From the NCBI GenBank assembly GCA_964458775.1, contig CAYWLQ010000003.1:17923-81922 (forward strand): a stretch of DNA of 64,000 nucleotides, read 5' to 3'. Made by a program: the position numbers and the translations under genes. The notes under the pieces are model-generated. The model ran no database searches and had not been told where the DNA came from. It saw nothing but the letters and a program-made list of their open reading frames with translations. This document shows, one piece after another, positions 52,397 to 61,384 of this stretch (within the stretch, counting starts at the first letter, position 1; each line of letters opens with the position of its first letter). The stretch is from an uncultured Myxococcales bacterium. Its GTDB lineage: Bacteria; Myxococcota_A; Polyangia; JAAYKL01.

Positions 52397-54358
52397 TCAG
52401 ATGTTATTTTGCAACGAAAGAATCGATTCCTTAAACTTTGAACGCGATTGTTTAAGCGGTTTCTTTTTAACAATGTCGTTTATCGTCTCTATCAAAAGTT
52501 TTACATCATTTTCTGTGTTTTCTATACCGAAGCTAACTCTTGTCATCCCGGGAAGTTTTAGATTTGGAAAGATATAAACAATCAAATGTTGAAATTTCTG
52601 CAATGCAGAACTCAAACGAAGAAGCTTTTTGATTGTCATGTGAGCACAATGACAACCGGCTCTGACACCTATGCCGGCGCGTTGAGCGAGTTCGTCTGCT
52701 ATGCCGGTTGCCACGCGATTTTTTATATCAAAAACTATTACCCCGCCTTTATCGGCAAATTTCGGTGATGATAAGTCTCTTACTCCATAGACTGTAACTT
52801 CCTTGATGGCAGACAAACCCTTAAGGGCAAGAGCAGTCAGTTCGTGCTCCTTTTGCCGAATGTTTTCCATGCCCACTCGCTCAAGCAGTATCAGAGCTTT
52901 ACCCAAGGAAGCTATTCCTACAGTATTTTCTTCACCAAGCTCTTTGATAAATGCTCGCTGTTCTTTATTGAAGCTGAGAATTCCCTGTTTAACTACGAGA
53001 GCTCCGGCACCGAAAGGCGCATAAACCTTGTGTCCCGAAAAAACAAAGTAGTCTGCATCCCAGTCAGATAGGCAAACGGAACGATGAGCTGCCATTTGTG
53101 CTCCGTCTACTAATAGTCTTGCTCCAAAGCGGTGTACAAGTTCTCCTATTTCTTTAATCGGATTATATGACCCAAGAACATTTGATGCTCCGCTCATCGC
53201 TACTAACATAACTCTTTTATTACCGTGTCTATGTTCAAGATTGTATTCGACAAGAATGTTTTCAAGAGTTTGTAGATCTACAAAACCTTCATCATCCGTC
53301 TCAAATTGATAGGTTTCGGCTCCTGAAAATTTTCGCCATGGCAAGTCATTTGAAGTGTGTTCCATATCGGAGCAAAGCACAACAGGTTTGACATCATTTT
53401 GAGTCTTGAGTGAAAAGCTTTCGGCAGCCAGGTTTATTGCTTCAGTTGCATTGGCTGTAAATATTACTTCATATTCAGAAGAAGGCGCTCCGAGGGTTTG
53501 TGCACAAATCTCACGTACCGCAGCTGCTGCAGCAATGCTGTTATTTTTGCTCATATGAAGAGAGCTCGTGACGCTATCCCATACAGGAAGAAAGGTTCGA
53601 GTGCTTGCAGCATTGTCAAGATTTACAAACGGACGATGTCCTTGCTCGGTAGGCACAAGAGTATTTGCGCCTATAACAGAGGATCTCAGACAATCTAGTA
53701 GCGTGTTACCGGAAACACCGTTGAAATCATTGTGAAACAGTTTTTCTATAATATCGGTCTCTTTGTTATGTTCCTTAGGGACTTCAAAAAAGATTTCGGA
53801 CCCGTATTTTTTTGTAAGCTCCAGTGCCTTGCAAAATGTAACTATGTTTATTACCGAAGGCGTACCTGCTTCAAATAGGTCAGGTGAACGCGCCCAGGTA
53901 ATTTGTTTTGTTGATACCAATCTTGCTGCGCCGCCTCCGGTATGCACAGGTTCTATTTTTGCCAGAGTCTTTTTTCTTGTTGCAATTGCAACGACTCCTA
54001 AGGCAAGGCCCAAATCCTTGCTGGACAATACATGTACATCGCTAAAACTTAGTTTTTTTGAGAGTATAAGTCCGATTCGAGGAGAACAGAAAATTACTTC
54101 ATAACTGCGAGGATTGAGACCCAAATGCTTTAGAATTTTTTTTCTCGATAATTCATAAAGATTGGTTGTGATAATCGAATTGTATCCTGAACCGCGATGT
54201 ACATTAGAATAGGCGGTTAGAGCTGAGAACATAAATTCTTTCAACTCAGCAAAGGCTGTTTCTGAATTTTCGGATGATGAATGGTTGCAGGTTTTTTGGT
54301 CTTGTAGGTCGACTAAGGTCACATCATAAGCATTGCTTAATATATGATTGTTTTGCAT
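52397..54358 (-). CDS. Class-V aminotransferase-fold PLP enzyme (cysteine desulfurase-like), long form
   Basis: The PLP-Lys context is FSGHKVYAPFGAGAL. NLDNAASTRTF lies mid-protein, and the N-terminal part has NVHRGSGYNSIITTNLYELSRKKIL. ATG 54358 has AAGGAAAC 8 nt upstream. Confidence 0.8.
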   Translation of the reverse strand: MQNNHILSNAYDVTLVDLQDQKTCNHSSSENSETAFAELKEFMFSALTAYSNVHRGSGYNSIITTNLYELSRKKILKHLGLNPRSYEVIFCSPRIGLILSKKLSFSDVHVLSSKDLGLALGVVAIATRKKTLAKIEPVHTGGGAARLVSTKQITWARSPDLFEAGTPSVINIVTFCKALELTKKYGSEIFFEVPKEHNKETDIIEKLFHNDFNGVSGNTLLDCLRSSVIGANTLVPTEQGHRPFVNLDNAASTRTFLPVWDSVTSSLHMSKNNSIAAAAAVREICAQTLGAPSSEYEVIFTANATEAINLAAESFSLKTQNDVKPVVLCSDMEHTSNDLPWRKFSGAETYQFETDDEGFVDLQTLENILVEYNLEHRHGNKRVMLVAMSGASNVLGSYNPIKEIGELVHRFGARLLVDGAQMAAHRSVCLSDWDADYFVFSGHKVYAPFGAGALVVKQGILSFNKEQRAFIKELGEENTVGIASLGKALILLERVGMENIRQKEHELTALALKGLSAIKEVTVYGVRDLSSPKFADKGGVIVFDIKNRVATGIADELAQRAGIGVRAGCHCAHMTIKKLLRLSSALQKFQHLIVYIFPNLKLPGMTRVSFGIENTENDVKLLIETINDIVKKKPLKQSRSKFKESILSLQNNI

Positions 54359-54552
54359 TATAACCGTTTCCTTCAATAAAGAATAAACATACCTCGTTCT
54401 GTGAGAGCAATAGGTAGTTTAATAAGTAGTCGAAGGAGATTACCTGTTTATTTCAAAAAAAAATTTTTATTTCCTTAAATAATCGTTGGTGATAAACGAG
54501 GCGCTATACAGAGCGGAAAACGCTTTGTTTTTTTCCAATCTACTCAGATACA

Positions 54553-55944
54553 ATGACTAAAAATCACGAAAATATATTGGTGTTGGGTTTGGGAGGAGTC
54601 GGATATTATCTTTCCAAACGATTGACTTACGAAGGTCATGCTTTAACGGTAATAGAACCGGATGCAGATCTTATTAGGGCCGCTGACGATGAAGTTGATG
54701 CAAGACTCATTCAGGGAGATGCCATGAACTTCGCATGTTGGCAGGATGTCGGGGCAAAAGATATTGATTACCTAATTGCTGTAACCGACAGTGATGCTGT
54801 GAATATTATGGCGTGCATAATTGCCGACAAAGCCGGTGTGAAAAAAAAGATAGCACGTGTACGTACCATGGAGCTTTGGAAAAAAGACTCTTTGCTTCAC
54901 ACAGATGACTTAAAGATAGATTTGATTATTAGGCCGGAAGAGCTTGCTGCTCAAGAAATTGCGCGCTTGATGAAAATACGAACGGGCAATGTTGTAATAG
55001 ATATAGCTGACGGGCAAATGCAGCTTATGGCAACACGTATTGACGAGCGCTCGTTTCTTGCTCATCAGAAAATCAAAGATATCTCTCAAATGCACGATGA
55101 TTTTAGGTTTCGCATCGTAGCGATAGTGAGAGACTCCAATACTATTATTCCGGGCGGCGAACACGAGCTTTTACCTCAAGATCAAGCCTTTATTCTTTCC
55201 CGTCGCGAAGATCTGTCCAGTCTGATGTTGTTAGCCGGTGTTCCAAAGCAAAAAGGACATCGCGTTCTAATTGTCGGCGGAGGACTGACGGGCCGACGTG
55301 TTGCAGAGCTTCTGAGTGAAGATTTTCCGGTAAAGCTTATTGAGCAGAACTCGCATAGAGCCCAACTTTTATCTTATGAACTAAAAAAGACAGAAATATT
55401 TAATGGCGACGGCTCCGATGCAGACACTTTAGTTAATGCCGGAGTGCTCAATACTGATACTGTTATTACAGCCACAGGTGACAACGAAACCAATATAATG
55501 ACCAGTGTTCTGGCCAAGCATCTTATTCGAAATCAATCCGGCGAGCTGCACGGAAAAGAAGCCAAAGCGGTTACTCTCGTTAAAAGAGAGGAATACCTGA
55601 CAATAGCATCCTCTATCGGTTCGGATATTGTGCTCAACAAGAACGTTCTCGCCGGCAATGAGATACTCAAATACATACGTCGCGGCAAAATGCTTGCAAT
55701 GGCCCATTTGCACGGTTTCGAAGCTGAGGTGGTTGAGTTGGTTGCTGACAAAGGAGCGCCTATTACACAAAAACCGCTCTATCAACTTAACGGCTTGAAA
55801 GGAAACATTATTATAGGGGCAATAAACAGGGAAGGAAAATGGGAGATAGCAGTAGGAAGCACTCATGTTCATCCTGGAGATCGGATTGTCGGAGTTTGCA
55901 CCTCAAAGAATTTACCCAGTCTTCAGAAATTAATTCTGAAATGA
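54553..55944 (+). CDS. trkA: Trk potassium uptake system protein TrkA
   Basis: 463 aa with two RCK/TrkA-N Rossmann domains (ILVLGLGGVGYYL and VLIVGGGLTGRRV), each followed by a TrkA-C-like segment. Confidence 0.9.
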   Translation: MTKNHENILVLGLGGVGYYLSKRLTYEGHALTVIEPDADLIRAADDEVDARLIQGDAMNFACWQDVGAKDIDYLIAVTDSDAVNIMACIIADKAGVKKKIARVRTMELWKKDSLLHTDDLKIDLIIRPEELAAQEIARLMKIRTGNVVIDIADGQMQLMATRIDERSFLAHQKIKDISQMHDDFRFRIVAIVRDSNTIIPGGEHELLPQDQAFILSRREDLSSLMLLAGVPKQKGHRVLIVGGGLTGRRVAELLSEDFPVKLIEQNSHRAQLLSYELKKTEIFNGDGSDADTLVNAGVLNTDTVITATGDNETNIMTSVLAKHLIRNQSGELHGKEAKAVTLVKREEYLTIASSIGSDIVLNKNVLAGNEILKYIRRGKMLAMAHLHGFEAEVVELVADKGAPITQKPLYQLNGLKGNIIIGAINREGKWEIAVGSTHVHPGDRIVGVCTSKNLPSLQKLILK

Positions 55945-55965
55945 GCGCTTTCCCGTGAGGTGTTT

Positions 55966-57429
55966 ATGTCTATGAACTATCGTTCTATAGCACGTGTCAT
56001 AGGAACACTGTTTCTTGTTACGGCGGGATCAATGCTTTTGCCCGTTCTGGTTTGTTTGTTCTATGAGGGCGAAAATGATCTTTCATCTATTTTAATTTCA
56101 ATTGCGATAACTGTCGGCTTGGGCGCTCCGTTGTTTTTGCTCTTTAGAAACAATACCGACCTTCATATTCGAGATGCCTTTGTTATTGCAACATTCGGGT
56201 GGATATTTATTTCTGCTGTTTCAGCGCTGCCGTTTATGATTCACGGCTCTATTCCGTCTTTCACCGATGCTTTTTTTGAAATGATGTCAGGTTATACCAC
56301 CACCGGAGCAACTATTTTAACCGACATCGAAGCACTTCCCCACGGATTGTTATTTTGGCGCAGTGAAACCCATCTATTAGGAGGTATGGGATTTTTAACT
56401 TTAACAATTTTCTTTTTACCTCAAGGAATGGGAGGGCTTCGTATTTTTCGTGCCGAGTCCAGCCCCGGACAGGTAATTACTAAAGATAAGTTCACTCCGA
56501 GAAACAAAGATGCCATGATGTATCTTTGGATTATATATCTAACCTTAAATGTCTTGCAGATATTATTTTTGTGTGCCGGGGGAATGTCTTTGTTTGATTC
56601 TCTTTGTCATGCATTCGGTACAGTCTCAACCTCAGGATACTCAACATATAACGCGAGCATCGCATACTATAACAATGCATATTTCGATTGGGTTTTTTGC
56701 ATCTTCATGTTTTTGGGGGGCTTACCGTTCCTTATATATTACCATTTGGTGCGAGCTGAATGGAGGATTTTTAAGGGTAATACCGAACTCACCTGGTATT
56801 TGGGTTTTGTGGTTTGCTTTTCGCTAACTATTGCATGGATTTTATGGAAAGAAGAAACTTACGGTCTTGTTGATTCTTTACGTTATTCGACCTTTCAGGT
56901 GCTTTCTTTGCTTACCACAACCGGTTTTACTACTGCTGACTATGAGCTTTGGCCTTATGCCGCGCAAATGTTTTTGTTTGCGGTTTGCTTTATCGGACCT
57001 TGTGCCGGGTCAACGGGCAGCGGCATTAAGGTTGTGCATTACGTAATAATTTGGAAATTCATGGTCGGTGCCGTTAAGAAAATGTTTTTTCAACCGCTGG
57101 CAGTGTTTTCGGTAAGGGTAAATGAGCATCCTATTGATCAATCAACAATCAATTTGGCAGTTTGTTACTTTATCTTAAATATTTTTTTCGTGCTCGGAGG
57201 GGGCTGCTTTATGGTTTTGGTTGATGATATGGATTATCTATCCGGCATGAGCTCAGTAATCGCTACTCTTATGAATATAGGTCCGGGTTTCGGCGAGATC
57301 GGTCCGACCGATAATTTTGCTCACATCTCTGCTGTCGGAAAGTGGTTTCTGTCGTTTAACATGCTGGTAGGCAGGTTGGAAATGTTTTCGGTCTTAGTGC
57401 TGTTCTATCCGTCATTCTGGAGGAAGTAG
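55966..57429 (+). CDS. trkH: Trk system potassium transporter TrkH
   Basis: Polytopic, with four pore-loop-like motifs (MSGYTTTGATIL, TVSTSGYSTY, LTTTGFTT, NIGPGFGEIGP). ATG 55966 has GTGAGG upstream. Confidence 0.9.
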   Translation: MSMNYRSIARVIGTLFLVTAGSMLLPVLVCLFYEGENDLSSILISIAITVGLGAPLFLLFRNNTDLHIRDAFVIATFGWIFISAVSALPFMIHGSIPSFTDAFFEMMSGYTTTGATILTDIEALPHGLLFWRSETHLLGGMGFLTLTIFFLPQGMGGLRIFRAESSPGQVITKDKFTPRNKDAMMYLWIIYLTLNVLQILFLCAGGMSLFDSLCHAFGTVSTSGYSTYNASIAYYNNAYFDWVFCIFMFLGGLPFLIYYHLVRAEWRIFKGNTELTWYLGFVVCFSLTIAWILWKEETYGLVDSLRYSTFQVLSLLTTTGFTTADYELWPYAAQMFLFAVCFIGPCAGSTGSGIKVVHYVIIWKFMVGAVKKMFFQPLAVFSVRVNEHPIDQSTINLAVCYFILNIFFVLGGGCFMVLVDDMDYLSGMSSVIATLMNIGPGFGEIGPTDNFAHISAVGKWFLSFNMLVGRLEMFSVLVLFYPSFWRK

Positions 57430-57489
57430 CTTGAAACGGTTGTAGTTGAACTGTAAACTATTTGCACAAGGTGATTGAAAGGGATTCAG

Positions 57490-57745
57490 ATGGAACAGCA
57501 TATTAAAGAAATCGAATCATTTTTGTCAGGAGTTACTGCGTGAAACCGAAACCGACACATCTTATGCGATGATACATCAAGGGATGCCTGTTGACCGTTG
57601 GGGATAAAGACCTGCAAAAAACATTGGATGGATTCAAAGCGGTTCGTATGCAGATTCTAGCAAGACAGAGAGGTATCGCCTTTTATGATTTGAAGGACAT
57701 AATAGAGGAGGGGAGGCAATGATATCGAAAGAGGGAGGACTTTAA
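57490..57745 (+). pseudogene. Frameshifted small ORF plus 8-codon stub: probable decayed two-gene (toxin-antitoxin-like) module
   Basis: A good RBS (GAAAGGGA) and ATG 57490 give MEQHIKEIESFLSGVTA and a stop. The reading continues in a second frame (LLRETETDTSYAMIHQGMPVDRWG, stop) and a third frame (DKDLQKTLDGFKAVRMQILARQRGIAFYDLKDIIEEGRQ, stop at 57720-57722). A strong SD (GAGGAGGGGAGG) and an ATGA overlap then start MISKEGGL, which stops after 8 codons. Confidence 0.3.
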
Positions 57746-57789
57746 TATCCTTTGGTATTCAAAGTTGAGTTTGCCTAACTAAACAATAC

Positions 57790-59064
57790 TTATAGAAGCT
57801 CTTTGAGGTTTTTCTTGTAGGTTTCGACGCCGGGTTGGTCGAAGGGATTTACGCCCAGCATGTAGGCTGAAACTCCGCAGGAAAATTCAAACATATAGAG
57901 CAGTGCTCCTACGGTTTCCGGTGATATTTCCGGTATTTCCAATCTCAAACAAGGAACTTCACCTTGGGTGTGTGCTTTTAGGGCTGCTTTAACAACTGTA
58001 CGATTTACGTCGTTCATTTTCTTGCCGTCCAAAGGACTTTTATCTTTTCCGGGAGGAATTGTAATGTCAGTTGCTTTAACTACATCTATTACCGTTTCAA
58101 ATACTGTTCTTTCACCGTCCTGAAGAATCTGTCCCAGTGAGTGCAGATCAGAGGTCAGATTGCAGGAGGCCGGGAAAATGCCCTTTTTGTCTTTACCTTC
58201 AGACTCGCCGAAAAGCTGTTTCCACCATTCCGCTGTCATGGCCAAACGGGATACATAGCTTGCCAACATTTCAATTTTCTTGCCCGATCGGTATGCGGAC
58301 GAACGATATGCCGCATAGGCCAAAGCCGGATTGTTATCAAATGAATTGTTTGCAGGGTTTTTTAACAAAGAAGCCATTTCTTTTGCGCCGTTTAACAGTC
58401 GGCGAATGTCAATGCCGGCGGCGGCTATAGGAAGCAAACCCACTGGAGTTAACACACTGAATCTGCCTCCGACGTCATCAGGTACAACAAAGCTTGCAAG
58501 GCCTAAAGCGTTGCTCTCCGCTCTTAAGGTTCCTTTTTCTTTGTCCGTGGTGGCAAAAATGAGGTCTTTCAGTGCTGCCTCACCAAAACGCGCTTTAAGG
58601 TCAGCGTGCAGAAGACGATAGGCAGCGGCCGGTTCGGTGGTGGTTCCGCTTTTTGAAATAACATTTACTGCGTATTTTTTGTCTTTTAAATATGACAACA
58701 AACCGGCGTGATAGTCTGCATCCAACTGATGGCCGGCAAATATAACCTCAAAGCCTTTTTCAAACGGTTTGGCCAATGCTTCAATTACCGCTCTGGCACC
58801 CAAGTAAGAGCCGCCTATTCCCACTACAACCAGCGCATCGGTTTTTCTGACGGCCTTAGCAGCGTTTTCAATAGCTTCTATTTCTGCATCGGTCACATTT
58901 GACGGAAGATCGATCCATCCCAAAAAATCGTTTCCGGGACCTGTTTTTGATAACAAGGTTTGACGAGCCTTTTCGGCCTCCGCACCAAGAGAAGAAGGGT
59001 CGACACCTTGAAGATATGAAAAATCAAGTTCAATACCCAAAACACCTTTTACTGTTTTATTCAT
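57790..59064 (-). CDS. pgi: Glucose-6-phosphate isomerase (short bacterial type)
   Basis: 424 aa with GPGNDFLGWIDLP, VVVGIGGSYLGARA, ISKSGTTTEP and GRFSVLTPVGLLP. Confidence 0.9.
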   Translation of the reverse strand: MNKTVKGVLGIELDFSYLQGVDPSSLGAEAEKARQTLLSKTGPGNDFLGWIDLPSNVTDAEIEAIENAAKAVRKTDALVVVGIGGSYLGARAVIEALAKPFEKGFEVIFAGHQLDADYHAGLLSYLKDKKYAVNVISKSGTTTEPAAAYRLLHADLKARFGEAALKDLIFATTDKEKGTLRAESNALGLASFVVPDDVGGRFSVLTPVGLLPIAAAGIDIRRLLNGAKEMASLLKNPANNSFDNNPALAYAAYRSSAYRSGKKIEMLASYVSRLAMTAEWWKQLFGESEGKDKKGIFPASCNLTSDLHSLGQILQDGERTVFETVIDVVKATDITIPPGKDKSPLDGKKMNDVNRTVVKAALKAHTQGEVPCLRLEIPEISPETVGALLYMFEFSCGVSAYMLGVNPFDQPGVETYKKNLKELL

Positions 59065-59109
59065 TGCATTTTCCTTATGTAAAAATGGTTTTATCGATAA
59101 CCGAAAAAG

Positions 59110-59571
59110 TCAGATGGAAGGCTTAAATTCTTCTCCGGCAATTCGGTCCAACTCTTTTAAGAAATCAACTGACGATTGTCTTATGAACAGAAGATCCTTT
59201 TGAAATCTGCCTATCAACCTTGCTCTTAGTTTGTCCGCCGCTTCTTTTCCTTCTTCCATTGCTTCTCGTCGAGCTTTTGCTGCCGCTTCTTCGGGATCAG
59301 GAGGAGGAGATGCTGCTGCAACACCTTCTACCTTGAGATGTTTTCTGGCACCTTCGATTGTAAATTTGAGATCATACAGTAGATGTTTAACGGCCAGTAC
59401 TGCTTCGACATCCTTGCGTCGATAAAGTCTTTGATTTGTTTTCGATTTTTGTGGGCGAATGCAAGAAAACTCCGACTCCCAATATCTGAGAACATGTTGC
59501 TTAACATTAGCTAGTTCTGCAACTTCGCCGATTTTAAAAAACAGTTTGTCAGGTAATTCTACGTGACTCAC
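59110..59571 (-). CDS. MerR-family transcriptional regulator
   Basis: The HTH is [24 protein letters not shown]...[11 protein letters not shown]. It lies downstream of ihfA on the same strand. Confidence 0.8.
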   Translation of the reverse strand: MSHVELPDKLFFKIGEVAELANVKQHVLRYWESEFSCIRPQKSKTNQRLYRRKDVEAVLAVKHLLYDLKFTIEGARKHLKVEGVAAASPPPDPEEAAAKARREAMEEGKEAADKLRARLIGRFQKDLLFIRQSSVDFLKELDRIAGEEFKPSI

Positions 59572-59604
59572 GACTTTTGCTCGTACTTCTCTTGCATCAA
59601 AACA

Positions 59605-59889
59605 TTATTTGTCTTGATTGAGAATATTTTTCAAGACCTGGCTCGGCTTGAAACTCAGTACGCGTCTCTCCTCAATAGTAATAGGCTTTCCTGTTTGCGG
59701 ATTTCGCCCGACGCGCCGGTTTTTATCGCGAACTACAAAGTTCCCAAAACCGGAAATTTTAATTTTTTCTCCTGAAGATAGTGTTTCTTTGATCAGCTGG
59801 AATACAGTTTCCGCTATATCAGCAGCCTCTTTCTTAGAAAAACCACCCACTTTGTCGTATACTTGCTCAATGATGTCCGCTTTGGTCAT
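59605..59889 (-). CDS. ihfA: Integration host factor subunit alpha
   Basis: 94 aa with GFGNFVVRDKNRRVGRNPQTGKPITIEERRVLSFKPSQVLK (the IHF/HU fold arm). Confidence 0.85.
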   Translation of the reverse strand: MTKADIIEQVYDKVGGFSKKEAADIAETVFQLIKETLSSGEKIKISGFGNFVVRDKNRRVGRNPQTGKPITIEERRVLSFKPSQVLKNILNQDK

Positions 59890-60059
59890 CCGTCCGGCTC
59901 CTTTAGAAAAGCAGCGTCTATTTTCGCCTGTTTTAGAAACTACTGATTAAGCATTTAAGCATAGTAGTCGATTGCATTCAACCCCCTAAAAAATAGAATT
60001 TTAAAAGAATTTAAAACAACTGTTTATTAAAACTAAAAACAATATCTTTTACCAAACTG

Positions 60060-61376
60060 TTACTCTGCATCTGCTGCCGCTTCGGCTGCTGCGGAGGGAT
60101 CTATTTCAGGTGCACCGTTCTTACCGTATCTAGGTGATTCTCCGATTCCGGAAAAATCGACCCAGAAGGCTGATTCCTTTCGTACATCCATATGAACAAA
60201 AACAGAATTGGGATAGTATCCGGCTCCTACATTTGGTAATTCTTTAATAAAATTAAATAATTCCTTCCGTTCGACTCCTTGAACTCGAAAATCAAGGGCG
60301 TGTCCTAAATTATGAACTGAATCGCGTTTTCCTGACTTATTGGGTCTATAACCTGATACAACTTCAATGGTTTTTCCAGGATAACGCTCTGCTACCCGTT
60401 GAATCATATGAATGAGTCTGGGATGAAGCAGTTTTCTCTGTTTGACTTTTTTTCGTTCGCCGGAAAGCTCACTTAGTATTTTACGACTTTTTGGGTTGAT
60501 TTTACCGTTGTCATTAAAAAGACGAAGAGTAGCGGATTCATTGTTCCAGACACTCACAAAATGAATCGGTTGAACTCTAAAACCTTTTACTCTGACGGGA
60601 ACCGGTGTTTTTGCGCCGGGAATGAGTATTTCCTGTCCTGTGCTGAGGGGAGTATTGCCCTCAATTCCATTGGCTTTTAATATTCTCTCACCGGAAGTAT
60701 TGTAGGCACGAGCTATAATCCAAAGAGATTGACCTTCTTGGACTGTGTGTTTTACTCCTCCCTGAACTTTTCTTCCGGTGACCAATAGTGTGTTTGTTTT
60801 TGGAGGACGATATCCTCCGTCAGCAGTTGATATTTCATCCGGAATAATAAGAGTTTTTCCCAGAGACAACGGTGAATTCTTTTCAAGCTTGTTAGCCGTT
60901 GTGAGGTCGGATATCTTTATTCCGTATTGTTTGGCTACGGAACTTACGGTATCTCCTTTTCTAACGATGTGTCCCTTTGAGGCACCGGAGCGAAGACTTT
61001 CGGGAATTTTTAAAATTTGACCGGGTTTTACGTGATCGTTTTTCTTTAAACCGTTGGCTGCACGCAAATCATCTTGCGAAACTCCGTGAAAATCGGCAAT
61101 GCGTGCAACCGAGTCTCCATTTTTTACTTTATATTCATTTTTTGGTGCTTCTCCATGGAACGGTATTTCAAGTTTTTTTCCGACCTTTAATACATCATTT
61201 GTGCTCATGTTGTTAAATCTGGCAATTTCCTCATATGATACTTTGTACTTTTTCGCCAGAAGCGCAGGAGTATCACCGGATTTGATAACATGAACTTTCC
61301 TATTCTGAGAAAACGCCGGAATCATAACAAGTTGCAAAGTAACCGCAACAAGGATTAGAGCTGATGTACGAAACAT
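60060..61376 (-). CDS. LysM-repeat protein with C-terminal peptidase M15A/DUF882 (YcbK/MepK-like) domain
   Basis: Signal peptide, then four or five LysM repeats (HVIKSGDTPALLAKKYKVSYEEIARFN, YKVKNGDSVARIADFHGVSQDDL, HIVRKGDTVSSVAKQYGIKISDL, HTVQEGQSLWIIARAY). The C-terminal zinc ligand motifs are HNLGHALDF and VHMD. Confidence 0.8.
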   Translation of the reverse strand: MFRTSALILVAVTLQLVMIPAFSQNRKVHVIKSGDTPALLAKKYKVSYEEIARFNNMSTNDVLKVGKKLEIPFHGEAPKNEYKVKNGDSVARIADFHGVSQDDLRAANGLKKNDHVKPGQILKIPESLRSGASKGHIVRKGDTVSSVAKQYGIKISDLTTANKLEKNSPLSLGKTLIIPDEISTADGGYRPPKTNTLLVTGRKVQGGVKHTVQEGQSLWIIARAYNTSGERILKANGIEGNTPLSTGQEILIPGAKTPVPVRVKGFRVQPIHFVSVWNNESATLRLFNDNGKINPKSRKILSELSGERKKVKQRKLLHPRLIHMIQRVAERYPGKTIEVVSGYRPNKSGKRDSVHNLGHALDFRVQGVERKELFNFIKELPNVGAGYYPNSVFVHMDVRKESAFWVDFSGIGESPRYGKNGAPEIDPSAAAEAAADAE

Positions 61377-61384
61377 AACCTCTG

